A DNA stretch of 64,000 nucleotides, taken from assembly GCA_033763535.1 (NCBI GenBank), contig JANRKI010000029.1:2886-66885 (forward strand). The letters run 5' to 3'. The notes beneath the pieces were generated by a model. The model saw nothing but the letters and a program-made list of their open reading frames with translations, did no database searches and was not told where the DNA came from. The position numbers and the translations under genes are program-made. Below, in pieces: positions 58,304 through 64,000 of this stretch. Every line of letters starts with the position of its first letter. Within the stretch, counting starts at the first letter, position 1. This stretch comes from Fimbriimonadaceae bacterium. GTDB taxonomy: Bacteria; Armatimonadota; Fimbriimonadia; Fimbriimonadales; Fimbriimonadaceae.

Positions 58304-59513
58304 GGTCGTACTGGCGGCGCGTCCGATGGCGCAGAAACGCGATTCCGCCCAAAAGTGCCGCTCCGATCGCAAGGGTACCGCCATCCGGTCTTCCGGACGT
58401 CCCCGCGATGATCGGCGGCGGTGCGGTTTGGCCGTCGGCGGCGAACACCGGGTACTCCGTCGTGTGGCCGTCGGCCGACGTGAACGTGGCGGTTCCCACG
58501 CGCTGCTTGGCCAAGATCGGTAGGCTCAGGTCGTCGCGAGGAACGAATCCCCAGGATCCGGCGGCCTCGGTCGGGCGCCGAACCTCGTATGTGTTGACGC
58601 CCGTGATCACCGGGATCGGGTTCGGAATGCCGGGCGCCGAAACCGTGCCGATAGTCTCGCCCGCCCGCGCGATCAAAAATCGATCGTACGTGCGGTACGC
58701 CCACCGAAGCATCGACCCGTGTTCGGTTTGCCATGCCGGACTGTCCATCAGAACGGTGATCACCCGAAAACCTTCCCGGGTGGCGCTGCCCACGTAGCAA
58801 TTGCCGGCGGGCCGGGTGTAACCCGTCTTGATCCCATCGGCGGAAGGATCCTTGGCCAGCCACTTGTTTCGGCTGACCATCCACTGATCCTTCTGGTTGA
58901 TGCTGCGCCGAATCTTGTACTTTCGGGTGCGGGCGATCTGCCGAAACGTTGGGTCTTGCATCGCGATACGGCCCATGATGGCGAGATCGCGGGCGGTCGT
59001 CACATGCCGTACGTCGTTGAGGCCATTCGGATTGGTGAACTCGGTGCGAGTGCACCCCATCTCGGCGGCGCGCGCATTCATCACGTCCGCAAACGCCTCT
59101 ACGGTGCCCGAGATATGCCGGGCGACCGCGACGCAGCCATCGTTCGCGCTGCGAAGCATCAGGGCGTACGCCATATCCTTCGCCGGCACTCGCTCACCGG
59201 GCTTCAGATGCATGCTGCTTTCGCCGACCTTCTCAATATCCTTCGGCGCCGTGATGATCGTCTCTGGCCGAACTCGCTCGAGCAGAATCAGCGTGGTCAG
59301 GATTTTGGTGGTGCTGGCCGGGTAACGCGGCGTGTCCGCATCCTGCTCCCAAAGCACCTTGCCCGAGGTCGCGTCGACCAGAATCGCGCTCTTGGCCAGC
59401 ACCGGCGGACCGGCCGGATCGTAGGCGTTCGGATCAACTTTCGGTGCCGGGACCTTTGCCTGCGCGAACAGCGACGGCAACAAGAGCAGCGGCGACATCC
59501 ATTCGAGACTCAT
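58284..59513 (-). CDS. D-alanyl-D-alanine carboxypeptidase (peptidase S11, DacB-like)
   Basis: SxxK (ASTTK), SxN (SAND), KTG (GIKTGYT); C-terminal TM plus basic tail; GGAGG RBS before ATG 59513. Confidence 0.92.
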   Translation of the reverse strand: MSLEWMSPLLLLPSLFAQAKVPAPKVDPNAYDPAGPPVLAKSAILVDATSGKVLWEQDADTPRYPASTTKILTTLILLERVRPETIITAPKDIEKVGESSMHLKPGERVPAKDMAYALMLRSANDGCVAVARHISGTVEAFADVMNARAAEMGCTRTEFTNPNGLNDVRHVTTARDLAIMGRIAMQDPTFRQIARTRKYKIRRSINQKDQWMVSRNKWLAKDPSADGIKTGYTRPAGNCYVGSATREGFRVITVLMDSPAWQTEHGSMLRWAYRTYDRFLIARAGETIGTVSAPGIPNPIPVITGVNTYEVRRPTEAAGSWGFVPRDDLSLPILAKQRVGTATFTSADGHTTEYPVFAADGQTAPPPIIAGTSGRPDGGTLAIGAALLGGIAFLRHRTRRQYDHASPRR

Positions 59514-59547
59514 CCATGATCCTCCCATTGGAACCGCCTCATCGTAC

Positions 59548-60099
59548 TCAATGCTCGGCCGATTCTCGGACCGCCGCCGCCGCCACCGGAAGGGCGAACA
59601 GGGCCGGGGCCACCGCCGGAAGATCGGCGAGTGAGTCCATCTTGAACTGGTGCAAAAACTCGTCCGTCGTGCCGTACAGCATCGGCCGACCGGGGGTGGG
59701 CCGACGCCCTTTTTCTTCGATGAGGCGGCGTTCGGCCAGCGCCCGAATGCCGTAGTCGCAGCTGGCCCCCCGAATCTCCTCGATCTCGGCGGTGGTGATC
59801 GGTTGGCGGTACGCGATGATCGCCAGCACCTCCATCAGGCTACGACTGAGTTTCGAACGTTCGGGCTGGAGCAAAGCGGCGACGTCGTTCACGTATTCCG
59901 CCTTCGTGGACAGTTGGTAGCCGCCCGCCAGGCGAAGCAGCTGGAGCGGACCGCTCTCGGCCAGCTGCGTTTCCAAGAGTTCGAGGGCTTGCTCTACCTG
60001 GCCCTCCGTCAGTTGGAGAGCCCGGCTGATTTCAAGACTGGTGATCGGGCTGGTGCTGACGAAGAGGAGCGCCAGCGTGCGATCGATCGGGGATGGCAA
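59548..60099 (-). CDS. scpB: SMC-Scp complex subunit ScpB
   Basis: ALLFVS, GGYQLST, LSRSLMEVLAIIAYRQPIT, IEEIRG, GRPMLYGTTDEFL..F...SLADLP. Confidence 0.96.
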   Translation of the reverse strand: MPSPIDRTLALLFVSTSPITSLEISRALQLTEGQVEQALELLETQLAESGPLQLLRLAGGYQLSTKAEYVNDVAALLQPERSKLSRSLMEVLAIIAYRQPITTAEIEEIRGASCDYGIRALAERRLIEEKGRRPTPGRPMLYGTTDEFLHQFKMDSLADLPAVAPALFALPVAAAAVRESAEH

Positions 60100-60900
60100 C
60101 TACGCGTGACCTCCCGCAAGTACGGCCGCGCGAGGGGCCAACACCGCGCTGACTGACACCGCGTCCTCGGCCACGTGGACGCGCGCCTGACCGAGCCGCA
60201 CCAGTTCGAGCACGGCGAGGAACCCGTAAACGCAGTCCGACTTGGTTTCGGCGTAACCGAGCACCTGCCACAGGGGTGCGGGTTCGGGCGAGAGCCGGTC
60301 GGCCACGCGGCGCAGTTCATCCGCGATCGAGCGACGGGGACGAGAAAGGATTGGCGTCTCTTGCGGCTTCGCACGTTGCAGCACCCTCTGGAACTCGCGG
60401 GCGAGATCCGCCGCCGACACGTGCTCTAACCGGTACGGAAGCTCGTACGCCGTAACCGCCGCTTCGCCATCGCGAAAGAACCAGTCGGCGCGCTCGGCAT
60501 GCCAAGTCTGTAATGCGTCGATAGCCAAGTGATAGTCCGAATCGAGCCCGGGATGCGGTAGGTCGGGCTCCTCGTAAGGTTCCGGCTCTGGCTCGGGTAC
60601 CGGGATGAGCAACCACGCCTTCCGCTCGAGCAGGTAGGCGAGCGCGGCCAAGGCGGCCGCTGCCTCATCCAAATCCGTTTCCGGCAGTGAGACGAGGTAT
60701 GCCAAGTACGCCTCGCACACCGGCGAAAGCGCGACTTCCATGAGGTCCACGCGGTGCTCGCGTACGCAGGCGAACAGCATCGCGAGCGACCCTTCGAACG
60801 CCGGGCACGAAATTTGAAGCGGTGGGGGAGCCACCACTCCGAGGGCCGTGACTCCGTGCGGAACGTCCGGCGAATCGCGCATTTCGAGGCGCGGAGGCAT
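60100..60900 (-). CDS. scpA: Segregation and condensation protein ScpA
   Basis: FEGSLAMLF (the FEGPLDLL motif), C-terminal VYGFLAVLELVRLG; start uncertain (60900 or 60882). Confidence 0.88.
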   Translation of the reverse strand: MPPRLEMRDSPDVPHGVTALGVVAPPPLQISCPAFEGSLAMLFACVREHRVDLMEVALSPVCEAYLAYLVSLPETDLDEAAAALAALAYLLERKAWLLIPVPEPEPEPYEEPDLPHPGLDSDYHLAIDALQTWHAERADWFFRDGEAAVTAYELPYRLEHVSAADLAREFQRVLQRAKPQETPILSRPRRSIADELRRVADRLSPEPAPLWQVLGYAETKSDCVYGFLAVLELVRLGQARVHVAEDAVSVSAVLAPRAAVLAGGHA

Positions 60901-60974
60901 GAGTGGAAGAGAGACGGCCCGTTGGCCCGGAAGGATGCGCGAGCCATTGGAAGACTCGACCGCGTGAAAATCGT

Positions 60975-61051
60975 TGGAGGTGCCGGGCGGATTCGAACCG
61001 CCGAATAACGGTTTTGCAGACCGTCCCCTTGGGCCACTTGGGCACGGCACC
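60975..61051 (-). tRNA. tRNA-Cys (GCA)
   Basis: GGTGCCG acceptor pairs with CGGCACC; anticodon arm ACGGT-CTGCAAA-ACCGT; T arm GGCGG-TTCGAAT-CCGCC; U73 discriminator; encoded CCA. Confidence 0.97.
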
Positions 61052-61061
61052 CCGTGGACCC

Positions 61062-61763
61062 TCAGTATAGCAGGGCGAGTTCGCGGTAGGTCACCGACCG
61101 CCGGCCTTCCGCCGCAAGTGCCTCCGCGTAGCTTGGATTGCTCAGCATGTGCGCCTCTTGGTCCCGCTCGATCGCCACGGCCCCGGGCGTGAGGCCCTCG
61201 TGCCAAAACCGCTCGGTGGTCGGCGTTCGGTAACAGGGATGAAAGACGCGCAGCTGCTCACCCGTCAGGTTCGGAACATAGATCACCCGTTGCACCTCGG
61301 CAAACCGCGCCACGCGATCGCGCAGGCCGGGCAACCATGCAACGCCCATGTGCTCGTCGATGTAATCCGGCCGAATTCCCAGTTGCAGCAATCGTTGAAA
61401 CTGCGCTTCGAGCTCGCGCTCGGCTTCGTCCAGGCTGAACCCACGCTGATGCAGTGTCATGGGGGTCGGCGTGAAGTGCCCGTCCGGCTCCACCAGCGTG
61501 GCGACCGTGTCGCGCGGGGACACGGGGCCCCATTTAATCTCCGACCACTCGCTATTGAGGCAGTAGTGCAATCCGATGCTGATGGCACCATCGCGCTTCT
61601 GGAACTCAATTAGTTCCTCCACCCGATCGGCGGTGGCCGGCGCGCACGCAAGGACCGACACGTTCTTCACTGCACTCCCCAGCCGGATGCAATCGAGAAT
61701 GGCCGCGTTCGCCGCGATATCGCAACCGTAATCGTCGGCACGGATAATCACCGGACTAGCCAT
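61062..61763 (-). CDS. ChbG/HpnK (YdjC) family carbohydrate deacetylase
   Basis: IIRADDYG, SIGLHYCL, PDYIDEHM. Confidence 0.85.
   Translation of the reverse strand: MASPVIIRADDYGCDIAANAAILDCIRLGSAVKNVSVLACAPATADRVEELIEFQKRDGAISIGLHYCLNSEWSEIKWGPVSPRDTVATLVEPDGHFTPTPMTLHQRGFSLDEAERELEAQFQRLLQLGIRPDYIDEHMGVAWLPGLRDRVARFAEVQRVIYVPNLTGEQLRVFHPCYRTPTTERFWHEGLTPGAVAIERDQEAHMLSNPSYAEALAAEGRRSVTYRELALLY
61064..61069 (-). promoter_or_regulatory. -10 box of the tRNA-Cys promoter
   Basis: TATACT on the minus strand, 12 nt upstream of the mature tRNA 5' end. Confidence 0.6.
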
Positions 61764-64000
61764 GGTGCCACCGTACCCGGATCGGGCGACCGGTATTCGG
61801 TACCGAAAGCCTTAGGGAACTTGATTCGTCTTCTTGATGGACCGTTGCCGGAGTCGGAGTGCCATCAATCTCCACCGCGTTCTGGGTGCCAAAGCTCGGG
61901 AGGTTGAGATCAAACTCGGTGCCCGAACCGGTGAGCAATAGCTCACTCACGGACCCACTTCGCGCGTATTGGTAGGCCACGTACCCTTGGCTTGCGGGGT
62001 AAACGATGCATGCGCTCGCGCGGTCGGCATCGGTGTATGCCCATTTCGGCGAAACACTGGCCGCTTCGAACGCCTTCGCCGTATCGATCACCCCGGCAAG
62101 GCCCTCCACTAACGCGTACATGACGGCTGCGGCGCCCCACGCGCTGGGGATTCCGAATGAGACAGGGTGCGGATCAAAGTAGCCCGGTTGGTCGGAGAAC
62201 GTGGCCCCGCAGACAAACCAAAGACCGCCGTCGTATCCTGATTCGAGTGTAATCGAGTCGAGCTCGCGATCCGGATGGGGGTTGTTGACGTACCCCAGCG
62301 AGAGGGCCACGTTGAGACACTTCGGATTCGGGCCATTCCACGCGATGCGAACGTCAGGTTGCGAGTCCCCGGTTGGCTTTTCGGGTAGCCACCATGCGTG
62401 GACCTGATGATCACGTCGAACGTAAACGGTTTCCGACGAGCCATCTTGGTAGTTCCACCGGAGCGTACCGACGATTCCGGCGGGTCCGGCTTTCGAAACG
62501 CCGTGCAGGAGGTAGACCGACTTCGCAAAGCCCGACGCAGAAATTTCTGTACTGACCTCGTCAGGAGTCGACCGCGAAATCATCCGGACGCCTTCGGCAA
62601 TGGGCTCAATCGGTATATCCTCGAACGAAAACGGCGCGGCCGGAAACGTCTGAAGATCATTATCGGCGTCATCGCTAAACGGCGGAAGATGGCAGGTAGA
62701 TGGAGACCGGTAGCAACGATTCGCGATGAGCGTTCGCACGGGTGTAAAGGTGGTTTCCGGTCTGGGTAGCACCGCACCCGTGTAGCTACAGTGTAAGAAA
62801 GGATCGTTTGGATCGCCGAGTTGCCCGACCCGGCGGAGGATATCCGCCCCGTACGACTCGCGCCCATGTACAAAGGCCCCCCGCGCCAGTTCACCGGCGA
62901 CGATCGGAGTCACGCTGGCATTCATGTACTGGTAGATGCCGTTATGCGCACCGAAGCCGCTTTGAAACGGTGGGTAAATCGTGTACCATTCGCCCGGCGA
63001 TCCGGCGGGAAGTTGCGTACTCAGCTGTCGGTACCGATCAATGACCGCGCGAGCGTGGTCGGCTTTCATGCCCCGATTGAGACTGTACGCGTTGCTCAAC
63101 GAGATTTGCGATCGCTCATCGACCCCCAAACGCGGCTCAAGCTGGCCGTCTTCGGGTAGCCAGTGGCGATAGCCGTTACCTTGCCAACAGTGGTCGTCGA
63201 TTCGTTGCCAAACCTGTTCGGCAATGGAACTGCTTGCCGATTCGCCGCTCATCTTAGCGAGCTGATTGTAGCCGGCGGCCAGACCGGTACTATCGCCAAA
63301 CATCACCCCGAACCGCGTTCGTTCCGGATCGATCCGCATCGCGTCTCCGTTGACCTTAATGTCGTACGAATTCTGAAAATCCCAGGTATCAATGGTGTAA
63401 CCGCGCTTGACCAGTTGATACTTCTGACTCCATCGGACCGAGCTCTGCTGGCAGTACTCAAGGGCACGTACGGCGCGCGGAAGTTGCTGACGCATCCACT
63501 GCGAGTCACCCGTCGCTTGCCAGGTCGCATAGATGCCCTCGACAAACAGATACTCGACATCGGCTTCCACCGGAATACGTTTGAACTCGTGCGTTTGATC
63601 GCCCCAGACGGAGATGTAGTTCCCGTCCTTAAACCGCATCTCCCAGTAGTTCGCCCAGTCCGTCCGCGGATAGGCGTTATCCCAGATCATGCCGTCTGCG
63701 CGCTGGCTGAGACTGTAAAGGTCAATCCCGGGCTTTAGGGTTGGAGTGAAGTACTTCATCCCCTTGAGGACATGGACGTGATCGCGAAGCCACAACACGA
63801 GATACGGATAAACGCTGGGTTCGCCGAGTTCGCCATGCAAGTCCACCGCCGCCTTCGCCTCTCCTTCGCTGAGCATGGTGTAGAGCGCACGCAGGTAAGT
63901 TCGGCGATACTGGCCGGTACTCTCCTGAAGATCGGTTTCGGCAGCAACCCGAAATGGCCGGTACTCCTCCCGAATCTGCACGTACTGCGTGCCGATCGCA
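61756..64000 (-). CDS. Large six-hairpin-like glycoside hydrolase-related protein (5' end beyond the window)
   Basis: Frame open to the window edge; EADVEYLFVEGIYATWQATGD..W and IDTWDF helical-barrel-type motifs; inserted beta-domain; C-terminal beta-sandwich. Confidence 0.6.
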   Translation of the reverse strand, partial: AIGTQYVQIREEYRPFRVAAETDLQESTGQYRRTYLRALYTMLSEGEAKAAVDLHGELGEPSVYPYLVLWLRDHVHVLKGMKYFTPTLKPGIDLYSLSQRADGMIWDNAYPRTDWANYWEMRFKDGNYISVWGDQTHEFKRIPVEADVEYLFVEGIYATWQATGDSQWMRQQLPRAVRALEYCQQSSVRWSQKYQLVKRGYTIDTWDFQNSYDIKVNGDAMRIDPERTRFGVMFGDSTGLAAGYNQLAKMSGESASSSIAEQVWQRIDDHCWQGNGYRHWLPEDGQLEPRLGVDERSQISLSNAYSLNRGMKADHARAVIDRYRQLSTQLPAGSPGEWYTIYPPFQSGFGAHNGIYQYMNASVTPIVAGELARGAFVHGRESYGADILRRVGQLGDPNDPFLHCSYTGAVLPRPETTFTPVRTLIANRCYRSPSTCHLPPFSDDADNDLQTFPAAPFSFEDIPIEPIAEGVRMISRSTPDEVSTEISASGFAKSVYLLHGVSKAGPAGIVGTLRWNYQDGSSETVYVRRDHQVHAWWLPEKPTGDSQPDVRIAWNGPNPKCLNVALSLGYVNNPHPDRELDSITLESGYDGGLWFVCGATFSDQPGYFDPHPVSFGIPSAWGAAAVMYALVEGLAGVIDTAKAFEAASVSPKWAYTDADRASACIVYPASQGYVAYQYARSGSVSELLLTGSGTEFDLNLPSFGTQNAVEIDGTPTPATVHQEDESSSLRLSVPNTGRPIRVRWHHG

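Noticed and set aside
60960-61051. tRNA-Cys as an integration site for an island
   Set aside because: No integrase, no duplicated tRNA 3' end seen, and the flanking genes are housekeeping.
60901-61206. N-terminal extension of scpA in the ORF track
   Set aside because: It runs through the tRNA-Cys gene and the YdjC 3' end; ScpA homology begins only near the FEGS motif.
1-64000. Mobile elements, prophage, defence systems, rRNA, frameshifted pseudogenes
   Set aside because: No transposase, integrase, phage, toxin-antitoxin, restriction or cas motifs were recognised; all recognised genes appear full-length apart from the two edge-truncated ones.

Overview
GC-rich bacterial chromosomal window of mostly housekeeping and envelope genes. 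The lineage is probably Armatimonadota (Fimbriimonadales-like); this is inferred from DUF1559-type AFTLIELL prepilin-like genes, an exosortase/EpsI pair, a DUF1800/DUF1501 pair, diderm Lpt genes and Firmicutes-like scpA-scpB-dac-rluB synteny. About 53 CDS and one tRNA-Cys(GCA) are supported. No rRNA, CRISPR array, transposase, integrase or prophage gene was seen. Left: surface-polysaccharide/exosortase locus (wzx, wzc, exosortase, EpsI, ugd, UDP-GlcA decarboxylase, TIGR03790-like, gmhB, rfbB, rfbC, gmhA), then nth-glnE-plsY-hypothetical-lptF/G-lptD. Middle: rph, aspartokinase with a separate ACT gene, AKR, GT-C glycosyltransferase, acyl-CoA dehydrogenase, VPS10/BNR protein, DUF1501/DUF1800, asd, an AraC-LacI-prepilin-small membrane protein module beside a rhamnulose-phosphate aldolase/dehydrogenase, a stand-alone ftsZ and hisF. 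Right: tricorn-like S41 protease, secreted deiminase, a 1190-aa repeat-built predicted outer-membrane barrel, an uncleavable prepilin-like paralog, LCP, trmFO, rluB, dac, scpBA, tRNA-Cys, a YdjC deacetylase and a truncated glycoside hydrolase. The most notable unexplained signals are: the LacI-controlled pilin-like module with a triple tandem operator; the giant repeat barrel; pervasive TANNNT-N6-start leaderless promoters; and an apparent GC-skew reversal across the window. Family assignments come from motif recognition by eye, not database searches. Many start codons were moved from the ORF track using RBS, overlap and homology cues.
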